Shown here: piece after piece, positions 1-13,300 of the stretch
How positions within the stretch are numbered: the stretch's first letter is position 1
How the letters are laid out: the number at the start of each line of letters is the position of its first letter
From: Tubulanus polymorphus
Taxonomy: Eukaryota; Animalia; Nemertea
Length of the DNA stretch: 64,000 bases
Assembly: GCF_964204645.1 (NCBI RefSeq)
Contig: NC_134034.1
Location: 12,102,962 to 12,166,961, forward strand
Direction of reading: 5' to 3'
Program-made: the position numbers and the translations under genes
The notes under the pieces: model-generated
What the model saw: only the letters and a program-made list of their open reading frames with translations
Told to the model about the DNA's origin: nothing
The model's database searches: none

Positions 1-186
1 GGCGACATAAAAATCTCATTATCCGCGGGCTAAATCTGGCAATACGTCAAGCTTAATCGCCGTCTCAATCATTGAAACAAACCACGCGCCCGCATCCCCT
101 GATGACTTTGATTTAATCTATACCTCCTGACGACGGAGGTGAATAAAGTACATTGAACTATTTCATTTTCGATTAAACCGGCTCAC

Positions 187-267
187 CCCGTCTTCGCCTG
201 CCAGGGTCTGCCGCTGGTCTGCCGTGGAAGTTCACGCCAATAAGAAAGTCGCGAGGAACGGGTCTGT
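187..267 (-). CDS. Isolated putative 81-nt internal exon of a minus-strand gene that probably continues left of the window
   Basis: On the minus strand there is an acceptor ttctctttag| and a donor |gtgagc. The length is a multiple of 3. It is open in phase 1 (DRPVPRDFLIGVNFHGRPAADPGRRRR) and phase 2 (QTRSSRLSYWRELPRQTSGRPWQAKT). No recognisable domain. Confidence 0.3.
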
Positions 268-1313
268 CTAAAGAGAACATACCTCTAACCGCCCTTTGAT
301 TTTTTCGTTTCGGGTGAAATATAAAACCCAGTCCGGGTTTTAGCTGATATCGAAGATTTCTGATTTCGAGCCCCAAAATGTACAATTGACAACTACATTA
401 TTTTAACCGAAGCCAGGACGGATGGATAGTGGGCCTAGGCCACGCATCCAAACCATAATTACTGGGCAGTTCTATTACACCCTCCATTTAAACCACTGCT
501 ATATCATGATATCATTCCAAAAGTTTCAATGAAATTTCAATTCTTCAACTGAGGAGAGGGATATAATAGATAATAAATTTTGAACTGTAGTTTTTAATCT
601 TTAAATTGAAATCTTACTGTAAAAACCAGAAATGTGAAAAAAAATTTATAAAATCTTAGTCACATATTTTATTCATACAAAAACAGATCTCGACAATTGA
701 TCATTCCGTACCTTGTATATGTTTTGAAATACAATGTATTTTCATTTGAAGTGGTTAATGAAATAAGTGGTTAAGATACGTCATTTGTTTTTTTAGATAA
801 TCTCCCATTCTCTGAGTTGTTTAGTCGATAATGAATGCACTGAGAACCTTAGTGTCAGTGGTGCATCGCAAGACACACACGAACTTCAGTACACACAGTA
901 TATGACGGAGCGCAACGCTCAGGACTGGGTGAAGTCCTGAAATGAATCATTCAGGCTGCATCTAAAACACTAAAATCAAAATCGGAACGAAAGAACCAAA
1001 GGGTGGTTAGAGGTATATATAGAAAGACCCGCGAGGAACGAGACAAACAGACACTGGCACGTGGGGATGGGGTGAAATGTACTTTATCAGCGGAATGTTT
1101 TGTATTTCCTACACGTCAGGCTGTCAAGGATTAATAGCCGAAATAGTCTTTACGGCTATTAGATCCGCGCTTCTCAGAGGCTGTAGAGAATCAGTTTACA
1201 AGATCCCTTTGTCGAGAGAACAAAAATCAACGACCCGCACCGGGATTCGAACCCACTTGCAAGTTCTTTGATCCTGGACAAAAGGACAGGCGAACTGTTT
1301 AGATTGGCCTTGT

Positions 1314-1341
1314 GACTCTAAAACGAATTCGTTTTAGAGTC
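1314..1341. repeat. Perfect 28-bp palindrome
   Basis: gactctaaaacgaa|ttcgttttagagtc, with imperfect pairing (gattg/caatc) continuing in the flanks. Confidence 0.9.
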
Positions 1342-1765
1342 CATCGGACAATCCACTAAACTGACCGATGGAAACCGAGAACTTAAACAGAACTGATCCA
1401 AAATTTGTTCCCATATCCCATATTGTAAAACTGTTTCGGAATTATCTTTCTTATAAGTTTCGGATACTTTCAGTTCTAGACTATTCCGAATTCCGGATAG
1501 GACAAGTCATAAAAGCGCGCAGAGCATTAGTTTCTTTGCGGTAATTCCTAACCGTTTTTTTTTAAATATCCCGACAGCTCGGATTACGATATCAACCATG
1601 TTTACCGCCCAGCTCTGGTGCAGTCTACACAAATAAACTTATATACGTTTATTTTCTTTACCTTTTTTTGATTAGCATTTGCACCAATTAACTGGTTAAC
1701 ACGTGTATTTAACCTAAAACATGAACCGCCGTCTGTCGCGCCTGGATAAGAGTTCAAAATCCGAC

Positions 1766-1817
1766 ATTATTATTATTATTATTTTTATTAATATCATTAT
1801 TATTATTATTATTATTA

Positions 1818-1903
<86 letters not shown>

Positions 1904-1955
1904 AATATTATTATCATCATTTTTATTATCATTATTCTTATTATCATCATCATCA

Positions 1956-2002
<47 letters not shown>

Positions 2003-2008
2003 ATTATT

Positions 2009-2076
<68 letters not shown>

Positions 2077-2077
2077 C
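1766..2077. repeat. (ATT/ATC)n microsatellite
   Basis: About 310 bp of ATT/ATC triplets. Explains the poly-Ile ORFs 1714-2040 and 1721-2098. Confidence 0.97.
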
Positions 2078-2194
2078 TTTACTTTATTTCCTGCATAAAT
2101 TATAACATAGTATAATCCTGTACAACAGTTTTCTAAAAATATGATTATATGATCATTATGAAATGTTACAATATATCAGCGGGACAACATAAAG

Positions 2195-2302
2195 AATCGC
2201 AAACGTAATGAAATCAAGTATTTTGAATGCATTAGGTAGGTCATTAATATAGATGAGAAAAAAGAATCGGACCCAAAATAGAACCTTGTGGGACTCCGCA
2301 CG
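2195..2302 (-). mobile_element. Degenerate non-LTR retrotransposon (L2/CR1-type) reverse transcriptase fragment
   Basis: The minus strand reads CGVPQGSILGPILF, then a frameshift, then LIYINDLPNAFKILDFITFA. This is the GVPQGS..LF.IYINDL..FADD region of LINE RTs. Confidence 0.8.
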
Positions 2303-2724
2303 TGGATAAACAAGAGTTGGAATAAGAGTTGGCATGCACTTTAAGCCCCCCTCACTCCCATCTATGCCTACAATCCCCCAATCCCAGCGATATGTACCCA
2401 CTCACACCGCAGTCCGGTGTTATCTACGTGCATTTATAAAACATACGCGGAGTTTGTTCGATATTCGGTTTTGGTTCGCTTTTTTCCCTACGGAAATCCT
2501 ACCAGATTGCACTTTCTAAAGCAGACCATCAGCTTCGCGAGGGTAACCTTCAAGATCATTTTTGTAAATATCCAATAGACAAACTTTACCTGATTTTTTT
2601 TTTTGATGAAGTCGAAAAGTTGTTAACTCAATTTTCATTCCGGACCCACTCAATTAGTTTAAACTGACCCTCCCGGCGTGTATGGTTTGTTTCATTTTTT
2701 TTTTTGCATTTTATTTTCTCACGA

Positions 2725-2819
2725 CTGTGTTGTAAAGCGAGAGGGTATCATTTTTATAGTTCTGCGCTATAATCTAAACGAATATATTATTATCATTATC
2801 ATTATTATCATTATTATCA
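2725..2819 (+). mobile_element. L2-type LINE/SINE 3' tail
   Basis: tgtaaagcg...gcgctataa...(tat)n ending, characteristic of L2-family tails. A similar tail lies in reverse orientation near 36255-36318. Confidence 0.5.
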
Positions 2820-3723
2820 GTTCGTTTACAAAAAAATGCTAATCTACCTCAATTTCTAACTCAGAACTGTCATACTAATTCGTCATCTTTTGAAATTTTA
2901 ATCACATTGTCATTGCATTTCTTGATATAGATTAACAGTGAAAGTCGCCGTATTTGCGATGATGTTTTTATCCAAATGACGAATTACACTTAGAAGTGGA
3001 AATACAAATTGAGACTCAAAAATAGAGACGATTTCAGTAATGCGACAGCTTTTAGATGCCGACTTGACGCGTTTTCTACGAATGGGAAATTCAATACATG
3101 GTTTCATCAGCATTCCTGTCCTTCGAATTTCATAAACGTAATGCGCTATTTTCAAAATAGGAGACAAATTCTATATCACGATCAAATATTCGTCATTAAA
3201 ACATTCGAAACGTGCTTTACCGAGAGCATTACAGCCGTGCTGGCAATGCATATTAATGATCTAATGCGATTGAGATCGGTAATAACTAAGACGGTCTGAC
3301 GTACCGCACAAAATCTGCGCCGTTGATTACCTACACAATTCTGCATTTCTCGCTCCAGACGGAGAGAATGCGAACGGATTATTGACACTTGTTGTGCCCT
3401 TTTTCTAGAACGACATACTTTTTACCGTTAAAAAGAATTACTGTTAATGCTATAAAGCCGTGCGCAGATTTGGAATACATTTTCCGAAGCTAGTTATAAC
3501 ACAGTCGATGCTTTAGATTTAAACCATAACTTAGATCATTCATGAACCTGGGATCTGGACTCAGAACTAACTACTGCTTTTGTCTACGACCAAAAATCCG
3601 GAGGGTCCCATTGCAAAGTCAGAATGATCTTCGATCTTAAGACTGTACTCAATTCGTTAGATTGGCTACTGAAGTTAAATGGTATTAGACTGATTCTAAA
3701 TCGAAGCCGTAAAATCCCTCTAT

Positions 3724-3850
3724 CGGATTTGTCAAAAGCTTTTGATACAGTCGATCACGAAAAATTATTGTCAAAATTGGATTCTTATGGAACTAAAGGT
3801 CAAGCTTAAATGCTGGTTTAGAAATAATTTGGAAAATAGACAACAAACAT
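3724..3850 (+). mobile_element. Degenerate LINE RT fragment (motif DLSKAFD)
   Basis: SDLSKAFDTVDHEKLLSKLDSYGTKG followed by a stop/frameshift and WFRNNLENRQQ-like sequence. Confidence 0.8.
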
Positions 3851-4361
3851 TTCAAATTGGCAATTTTGTCTAAACTCACTTTACATTTCGTCCTATTTTT
3901 GACTGGACTATATGATAAACGAACATAGATTTAAGCATTTCAACCCGCCATTGGTCAATACGCTTTGATCTGGCCGATAGATTTTCAGAAGAAAAACCCG
4001 TTTTCTTTTTTCAGGTCTGATTGCGTCTTACTCGAGTCGATGTCTAGAAACTAGTATGAGGACCTACACCGAACTAACCCGGGCGAAAAAAATGAATCCA
4101 TAGTTCTGGCGCGCGCGGTCGTCGTCGGAAAGTTGGTTCAAGATCGAACATCAATTTTCCACGCATTACTAGACACTAATGCCAGAGTATTGATCGCCTA
4201 TACATATTCATCTCCTACTTTTAAAATGCGTCTACGATCAACAGTATAATTACATACACTCAATCGGGTTCAGCGCGTTCACGTTCGAACTCAGATCATA
4301 ATTTTACCTAATCTTTATTCGTTTTCATTCGTCGGTCTTAACTGTACATGATCATTCCGGC

Positions 4362-4615
4362 CGAATCGAGGAGAGTCCTGAGATAGATCCCCGTCCGACC
4401 CTGATTCCTGAGGCAGTAGAGCCCTCACGGACCGAATCGAGGATTCCTGAGAAAGATCCTCACCCGACCCTGGTTCCTGAGGAAGAAGAGCCCTCACGGA
4501 CCGAATCGAGGATTTCCTGAGAAAGATCCTCACCCGACCCTGGTTCCTGAGGAAGAAGAGCCCTCACGGACCGAATCGAGGATTCCTGAGAAAGATCCTC
4601 ACCCGACCCTGGTTG
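4362..4615. repeat. ~60-bp tandem minisatellite (about 4 copies)
   Basis: Unit gaggattcctgagaaagatcctcacccgaccctggttcctgaggaagaagagccctcacggaccgaatc. Explains ORFs 4315-4533 and part of 4460-4762. Confidence 0.9.
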
Positions 4616-4718
4616 AGAGATCCCAAAAAGATCTTCAACCCACCGATCGAATTGAAGGTTCCTGGTGAAAACTCTTACGAGGTCCAGATTCAAATATAAC
4701 CTTTCAATGACCATGAGT

Positions 4719-5978
4719 TTAACGAGTATCAAACTTGGATTGGTTAAACTCTTCTGCATCATATCTGGGAAATGAGTTATTCTTAACTCCTATTTTCCTG
4801 GCTCCACGTTATGTACGTCAAAAAACCATAACAAACATAAAACGTAGTTGTGATAATCGACTCAATATTATTACGGTTCTCGACGAGCGTCAGAAACGGG
4901 AATCCAGCCTTCCCGGGACGTAACGCGTAAAAAGGAACTTTTTATCGGTAGCCTTACTGCACTTTGTTCGCGCGTACTTTCAACCGGCGAATAACTCGTA
5001 GTCGGATGCGCCGTAATAAAAAGTAGATCTACAACCAGACTATAGACGCGGTGTGATTTTATCTACCGGATTTCTCCGCATCTAAAACAACGCAACGGAA
5101 CTGTTAAAGCTATTTGCGTCGATAGTATAAGAGTCGATCGGTTTCATATGCTGTCGAAATGATGAGATCTAATCCCCTGAATTGTCGCTCAGACTAGTTG
5201 TATCGTAACCGTGGAACGTCCAACGATCATGTCGTCACGTCATCGCCCTGTCATTGTGCTGCGCATACACGAGATATAGGGTTCTCGGAGAACCCTCTCC
5301 CCTCGCAGCTATTGTGCAGGAGCAGTTGACTAGAACGGACCAATGGGTGTTTGGTGAACCCATCTCCTCACAGCTGTGGTATGGGAGAGCAGTGGGGTTC
5401 AGGGTGAACCTCTCATCTCACAGCTGGTGGTGGGAGAGCAGTGGGTTCACGGTGAACCCCTCCCTTCGCAGATGTGGTGGGGGAGCAACAATCAGAACAG
5501 TCATGTAGGTTCTTGGTGAACCCCTCTCCGCCAGTGGTGGGAGACCAACAAGTAGAACATTCACGTGGGTTCTTGGTAAACCCTCTCTGCTCACATCTGT
5601 GATGGCAGAGCAGCTATTAGACCACATTATTTTTGTACAGATAATTCAGAATTTTACCTACCTTTCACGGCCAACGATATTGTCAATAGCCGCCATCTTC
5701 CTTCGACGTTTCATTTGTCTTTTGATGCGATGCAGGGCCTCGACGGCGAATTTCCCGCTGCGATTTTCCCGCCAAAACGACGACGAGGCTGCAGCCGATG
5801 ACGAGTCGGTGATGTCGTCATCGACGGCGGAGTGATTCGGTCGGCGAGCCAAAGTCACCGACGACGCGACCGATTCACGCCCTTTGAGGTTATTATCCCC
5901 GCAACCTCCGCAACAGAAAATGTTAACGACTGAAATCACGGTATAAATGAAAACCGAAGTCGACCGCGACCAAAACAT
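4719..5978 (-). CDS. Candidate small secreted precursor, prohormone-like, ~120 aa (gene D); join(5978..5662, 4764..4719)
   Basis: ATG with A at -3, a hydrophobic N-terminus MFWSRSTSVFIYTVISVVNIFCCGGCG and basic sites RR, RENR, RIKR, KRRRK. Strong donor AG|GTAGGT at 5662/5661 and a phase-compatible acceptor tttcccag| at 4765/4764 give ...MAAIDNIVGRERYDAEEFNQSKFDTR*. The second exon is uncertain: the phase-2 exon at 187-267 would also fit. Confidence 0.45.
5278..5590. repeat. Degenerate tandem repeat (gggttcttggtgaacccctctc core)
   Basis: About 6 diverged copies of the core, inside the putative gene D intron. Confidence 0.7.
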
Positions 5979-6847
5979 AATTTTCGTCGTTTAGTATTTT
6001 TGCGTGTCACTAAATTTCGCTAAATTCCACCGAACAAAAGGAACTTTCAAACTATCTCTGTCCCTAACACTAGGAACGAATGCAGATTTTTTAAAAGTTA
6101 TTGTTCCAGTTTTTTTTTCTAAAGTGAAAATCTAAAAGTATTCAAAAATGTCTTCTTTTCCGATTAAGCGTTAGATTCGTGAGTTTGACTAATAGAGAAT
6201 TTATTTCGCGCAGTAGAGTCGGTCCGCAATACGCCAACGACGACTAACTTTCCCGAGAGTCCGGTAAGATCGCGCGGAAGCAGTCTGACGCGGTGTTGAG
6301 CCGGTGAAACAATAAATAAGATGTATTTTAACCAATCAGTGACGCCGATACGGGACAGCAGACGTTGTGCCCGATGTCTGCTCCGAGCACGTGCGCGCGC
6401 ATCAGAGTTCAAACGGTTCGATCGATTAGAGGTTTCAGTTGTTGCGACAAGTTGCCTCGCGTTGCGCGGGTCCAGTCTATACGTTGCGCGGGTCCAGTCT
6501 ATACGTTGGCCGTGCGACTTTTGCAAGGTTTCAGAAATACCGCATAATGGACATTCAAAATCGAGATTACTTGTCTCTGTTTATGGACTGTAGATAGCGG
6601 AAATTCTAGAGCAACACCAACAATCAAGTGGTCGCCCATGGCAATATATATTCATGAATATATATATATACCGATTAAGATAATCGATTATACGTAGTAA
6701 AAACCTTTAAAGTATTTTACTATCGCTTACTCCATTTACCTCTCGTAACGCTCAAATTACTTTAAATAAAAACGAATTCTGTTATTCCAATTTTTTTCAC
6801 TATTCCTCCAAAGTACGTATTCGCGTTTATACAGGATGTCGAACAAC

Positions 6848-6857
6848 GCGCATGCGC
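6848..6857. promoter_or_regulatory. NRF1/ewg-type motif GCGCATGCGC
   Basis: Exact palindromic motif in a CpG-rich stretch about 0.9 kb upstream of the gene D ATG. Confidence 0.35.
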
Positions 6858-8973
6858 CGTACGTTTCTACTTTCGGTTTTTTTCGTCCAGTACCATTGAC
6901 ATCATCATCTAAATGACGTATTCAAGTTGTCGATTCCCGGCAAATCGATTTCGTCATCGTCTGGTAAAAAATGAACGAATATCCTTGTTCCGTTGGCGAT
7001 AACAAGTTATAATTTCGATTGGCACCAAGTAATTCATGAATTCCAGGCGAAAACTACCGCTGCTCGTTGCCTTTAGAATTTCGATTCGCGGACGGACCTT
7101 CTCGTCTCTACTTAACCGACGATGAAGTATATTTCTAGAAAAAAAATGCTCTACTTTTTCGAGCGAAAATCGCTAAATTAACCCTTTCGTACAAAAACGT
7201 ATATATATAATTAACATACGTGACCTCTCGCAACGTTATCCGGTGACCTTGACATTGCGATGAGTCGTTGAAGGTTAAAATAGTTAGAACAACACGCGGC
7301 TGAATAGAAACGATGATTATTGAACCATCCAGACTAACAAAATTCGATACCTTCTCCTCGTCGTCGCGCTCTCAATCCGGTCGTCTGCTGCGCGTTCTCC
7401 TGGTCGATTAGACGGCGGCGGCGAGTTCGTCACGCTCAGTAAGCGCTGATATGATATGGTACACACCGCGTAGATCGTTGCGGTGATTATAATAAAAATA
7501 TCCTCCTTTCGATTGAAGTCGTTTTCGTCGTTTAGGGACGCGGTACCTAGACAGGCGATGAACTATCGAGATCACAAGAGTGCTGAATCGCGGACACACG
7601 CTGTGCTATGCCAGACGTCAGACACACATTCGATCGTGACGTTCTTTCACGTTACGCAAACACCTATTGAAACACCTATGTAAATGTGTATATATACATA
7701 TAAACACGAATTTCTAGATCTGTCCGCTATGATGATCGATAGTTCGTTTTATCCAGTGCGTTCAAATATTGGGACGAAATTCTAGGTTTGGAAGATAGAT
7801 CTTTAAATCCAAGGTCATTTACGAGGTTCCGCTATACATAAAACTATAAGTTCCGTTTTTTGGTGTAGATCTCTTAGCGGTACGCGCTTGGTTGTGTGTG
7901 TAATAGTACGCGGTCTCTATGTTACCCGTGTATAAACTCGCGTCGATCAGTCTGCTGTTACTAGAAAATGTATCAAGTATAAGTTTGCTTTTTCTCATCT
8001 TTACCTCCACGGTGCGGTGGTGTTTTGCGTTGTAGCGCGGAGGAGCTGATGCGGATGGCATGAGCGGCAACCCCCGAGAGTAGAACCTGCTTCTTAATCG
8101 TAAAAATAAATCTTTATCTCTTTGTTTACCCGCTGTAGCCGCCGTGCTTAAAGGTATCATCGCCCAACAGCCTACACTCACTGATTCAAGGTTGAGCCTT
8201 GATTTATGTGTATTCTAATATATAATTATAGGCGTTCTGTTGGCTGCCAATCTTATATTTTGTCAAACGGACGGATTAGGTCTCGATTTTCAGGTTCGCG
8301 TTGGTCACGATGGACCAAAATGATTGACCTTATCCACTTTCGTCACTTGTGCAGTGTTCACATTTTTACTTTTTACTTCAGTTAGCCGTTCGCGCTTGAC
8401 AGCCGGGATGACACGCAGTCAATCCAAGTTTAAGCTCATTTTAAAATCTAACAAAATCAAAACCCAGTCTAATAAGCTCAATTCAGTCATACAGCCAATC
8501 TAACAACTTAAGACCAGTTCACACTCATTTTGATTCTATAGCCATTCTATAACAGCAAGACCAGTCTTATTGATTTTATAGACAATCTTATTACAATATC
8601 AAGCTAAGCTTATGACGGTGCAACATTTTGAAATCTTCTGTTTGATTGTTTTCTTAAATATTCTTTTGAGTCTACTACACAGAGCAACCAGCCAGTCGCG
8701 GCGGCAGGGGAGCGGATATGGGGAGGGGGGATAAAGGAAATATTTCCACCTCGGAGATCAAATCTCATTCCACGTATAACCGCAATCATTTTATCACGCC
8801 GATATTTTCTCCTGGCGGTCCAATCATTTCTAAGATATCTGTCTGCGTCTTGCGTATGTATATTTAGGCCTGTATATGTTTCGTAGTTAAATGTTAAAAA
8901 GTAAAATGGCCGCCGTCCAAAACCGCAAATCAACTTTACTATACAAAATGCGAATCATTGTTATTTTCCTTAA

Positions 8974-9194
8974 GGCTAAACAAAAATGATACCTTGTTTC
9001 TCCGCAGCGGCCGGGTCATTTTAGTAAAATATGATAAAATTTGTAAACAGTTCATTTCTATAGCGGCCGGGTCTGTTATGGTAAAATTGATCACGATTTA
9101 AAAAAAAGTAATGTATAGGGTAGATAGGCGGCCGGCCGCGTCAACATTTAAGCTCAGCAGAGCGGAGAAACAAGGTATCAATTTTTTTTTAGCC
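8974..9194. mobile_element. PIF/Harbinger-like MITE, family 1 (TAA target duplication)
   Basis: Terminal inverted repeats ggctaaacaaaaatgataccttgtttctccgc / gcggagaaacaaggtatcaattttttttagcc, flanked by taa...taa. A near-identical inverted copy is at 36844-37065 and a partial copy near 27040-27145. Confidence 0.85.
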
Positions 9195-9379
9195 TAACAT
9201 GTTTTTGTGTCGTTTTTTTTTTCTAGAATTTAAGAAACCAATCCCTCCACAGCGCGAAAACGAATCCTACAAACCAAAAAACTGACTCTCCCCTTGAACT
9301 GAACTCTGGAAATATAAACATCGTTAACGATATTTCCGGGACAAAGAAAAATCAGACACAGACAACTTTTCAAAACGCT

Positions 9380-9385
9380 TTTATT
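9380..9385 (-). terminator. Probable polyadenylation signal (AATAAA) of gene A, in a putative 3'UTR exon ~9570-9365
   Basis: AATAAA on the minus strand, downstream of an acceptor (gcaatattag| at 9571/9570) that follows the donor at 10348/10347. Confidence 0.45.
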
Positions 9386-10392
9386 TTGATTCTTATTCTC
9401 GTTTTCTGTGAAGTTATAAAAAGATATCCGTCGTCGTTTCTCTTGTAACCTTTGCGTTACGACGACTGGCCAGACACCTCTTTATCAAACGGGGTCGAAT
9501 TCGAGATGCCACGCCGCCATCCAGGCAGGCACACCCAGGCTATTGTCGTTCCCACGCAGAGACGAGTTGGCTAATATTGCAAACAAAATATCTATATGAG
9601 AAATGTCAGATTGATCAGATCGCACAAGAAGGTCGCACGTGGCGTTCCGAGAATTCATTTTCAAAACAAGGTGTATGTATAGAGACTCTCAAGGAAATGT
9701 ATTTTTCTTTAAAAGTTTAAACTAAACGAGAAGTGTCTTATCGTTTATCATCGAAGAAAAATTCCGAAGTTGATCCATCAACGGAACGATGAACTGATAA
9801 ACAATTTTTGATTCGTCGTTTTGCAGTCCATGGCCGAACTGACAGCGGAATGAATCTACGGGGCTTACTCCTGGGTCGAAGAACGAAACACAGTCACAAA
9901 ATAAACGACAACAAATTCAGTTGAAATGATTTAGTAGGACGATACGGGAAGTTTCCCAAGTACGGCGATGGTTAGAACAAATGAATTGAATTATGAAAGT
10001 TTTGAAATAGTCGAAATTATTGTTGTTCTTGAATCCCAGTTTTTCTAACTGTAGTTTAAAGTAGCCAACTATATAATTCCCGGTCACCAAGTGCACATAT
10101 ACAAAGTCGCCACAATATACCATTGCTGTGATAATATAAGATTAGAGTCGTCTAAACAAGTTAAGTTATATTTTGTACATATATGATACCCGTTTTACAA
10201 AGTAGAATGTTATTTGCCGGTGAAAACTAGAATTCACAAATACAAGAGACAGCATTACGGCTGCAGCTGCTAAAACTATTGGGTTTTTGAGGTTTTAAAA
10301 TATTCGATTTATGATCGTTAATCAATCTGTTCTTGATAGTCACTCACAGATAACGATGCTGGGTATCACAAGGTGAACTATGGCTCCCCTTC

Positions 10393-13300
10393 TTATCTTC
10401 TCTTACGACCCCAACCGAAACCGCGATCTGAAAACGAGATAATGAATCTTTAATAGGAGAAAATTTTCTTCTTGATGCAAGGTTGGGGATGATGATCCTG
10501 ATAATAGTGTCCACCAGTCGTTTCTTTGATTAAAAAGATGCTCCGTTCGACAGTGGCAATCGAGGATTCCGCTTGTGGCAAGCGATGATCCACCAGGTGT
10601 CGCTAGTGTGCATCCAGAGAACTACTCCCGAATTTCTTATTAAATTCAATGAAAATCTGTCCATAATCTCTAAGAATGATGAACTGAATTCGTGCTATGG
10701 ACCTTTAACAACCCCCCCCCCTCGCTGCTAGAATACTCACAGCCGAAGTATTGACAGTCTCTTCCTATATAACCAAAGTAGCATCTGCAGACCCTCGAAT
10801 CATTGATCAAATTGACGCAGACGCCTTTTTTACACGGTCGAAGATCGCACGGTTTCTTCCCTGATGTAGAAAAAAGCATTAGAAGTCATACGGCACAAGA
10901 TATACGACGTACGATATACGATTAAGGCTTTACAACACGTACTAGTTTCGCAGCTCGTTCCGGTGTAGTAATATGAACATGAGCACGTCCTGGATCCTCG
11001 CGATCCGTTCCTACACGAACCTCCGTTCTTGCAAGGACTCTTCTCACATGGCGATTTCTCTGAATAAAAAATATACAAATTTTTAGTTTTTACATGGTTA
11101 GCCTTCTCGTATATTGAAACTCGGAGTTATCTATTTATAGCACACTTCTATTCATTTGAATTGCTTTGATGCATTCATCTGTTCCCAAAACCCACCAGCC
11201 GCACACCTGCCAGGAATGAAATAAGGGGGTTGAAATTGAAATGGGAGTACAGATATATAATTGGTCGGTCGATTTACAGAATCTTTATTCAAATCGAAAG
11301 GCATAATTTGGAAGTTTCGTTTCCCCCTCCCTCGCATCCCCACCAGTAGTGGCTAGTGTGCAACCGTCGCGCACGGTTAGATCATCCCCATCATCATCAG
11401 TAAAGGTAACCGACCTGTCTCGCATCGCGGTCCACGGTAGCTCGGTGTACACGCACACTTGTATTGTCCTGCGCCCAGATTCGTGCACGTTCCACTATTC
11501 AAACACGGTTTCAACTGTTTACAAGGATCTTCAGCTGATGAGAGAATGAGAACAAAAATAAACTGTCGTTCACAAAATGGAGACTGAAGCCTATATGGAT
11601 GACCCACAATATGACCCACATGATGATATATAGATGACCCACAATATTGAAGATAGAGCATATATAAATGACCCACAATATTGAAGATTGAGGATATATA
11701 TAAATGGCCCACAATATTGAAGGTTGACAACGAAAATGAGTTAATCTCACGGTTCTGGGTGGTAGTATGCATCTACCCATAGTTAACCACCTTTAACCGT
11801 TGTTTTTATATGGACAATAATTCGTGGCTCTTTTATATGCACTACATATATTACAACTAGTTTCAATTTATAGTCTTATATTTACCTATCTGGCAGAATT
11901 CGCCGCTGTATTTCGCTTGGCATTTACACTGGAATTTACCACCAGGTTTTCGGATACAACTGGCGTTATTTTGACATTCGGTAGCGGCCAAATCACACGC
12001 ATCTGTAACATAATATCGATTCATCAAGCGGGCTATAGAAGTTCTACGAGATATAAATATGGCTGCCTCTAGTCATAGTTTTAGAATCTTATTTACACTC
12101 AAAACTCATTACGGGTTTGCGGATGAGACTAACAATCAGAAATTAAAGATTACAAATTAGAAATTTAAAGTTTTGAAAATTATGAAACTCTTTCGTAATC
12201 GGTATTCATAAAGGTTATTTGTTCAGATGGCTGTTATTGTCAATTTTTTACGGATTAAAAATAGAAGGACAAATAGTACAGTAAATCTACTTGTTAGGAT
12301 GGAATTCTATATTTCTCTCAGCTTTTTCTCAGCAAAGCCTTTTGTGCTAGTTGTCAAAGCTAAAAGGACATATATCTATTTGACAAAATAACGTAAGAGT
12401 TTTGGTCGATCGAGTGGTTCATTCTATCATTGTGTAATGACTGCTTTAAACTCGCATCGATGGCACACAATTCGATGACGTCATAGGGGGAGTCCGGAAG
12501 CAACGAAATCGCTATATTGTATACCTTCCTCGCAGTGAGCTCCTAAATAACCATCATTACAGGCACACCGGTATCCAGAGGTTTTATTCGAAGAGTCCAT
12601 AACACAATCACCGCTGCCACAATCAACATTGTGACATTTGTCAACTAGAAATTAAAAATAAATCGAATCATTAGGAGAAGTTTGTTCGGTTTTTTGTTCA
12701 TCTTGCTTTAAGTCGTTCAGCTCTTGGTTTCTCAAAACTTGCACTATTAAATCGTTTATTCAACCTCATGACGGGATCACGGCCGTCGAAGTGTTTGTTG
12801 CCCGCACACTGTAAGTAGCCAGCAGGACTATAACCCGGTTGGCACTGATCCTAAGGAGTTACTGAAGCTGGTCTGATAATTATCATTCTCAGGAGTTTTG
12901 AGACATGTTTTACCTGTTTGGCAATGTGTTCCCACGTATCCGCTTGCACAGTTACATCGGTATCCAGAACTTTGACTGGAGTCTCTCATACATTCACCAC
13001 TGTTACAATTAATATTGTGACATTTATCAACTAGAAATTAGAAATATAAATAATTAGAAACAGTACGAGTATTTTATTTGCTTGTATTTGTTTATCTTGA
13101 TTTGTCCTGTTCGGATCTTGATTTTTCAAGTTTAACCTTATTCTAAGTAATTTGCTAGGTTATTTGAGCATTCCTATTGGATTGTCCATTGAACCTCTCG
13201 ACAGGACCACTGCCCGCAGTTTCAAACTTGTCTATCCAACTTTTTTGCCATCGGAATTTCTTATTCTAGATCTTTGCTCTATGTCGTTCCGACCTTGTTT

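Noticed and set aside
1714-2098. Poly-Ile ORFs
   Set aside because: Translations of an (ATT)n microsatellite.
4362-4615. CTGAGGA in the 60-bp repeat as a possible hammerhead core
   Set aside because: No stem II and no GAAA (the sequence has GAAT), so the layout does not fit.
6850-8400. Possible + strand spliced transcript or snoRNA host downstream of the NRF1 motif
   Set aside because: Scattered splice-like signals but no coherent ORF and no paired C/D boxes.
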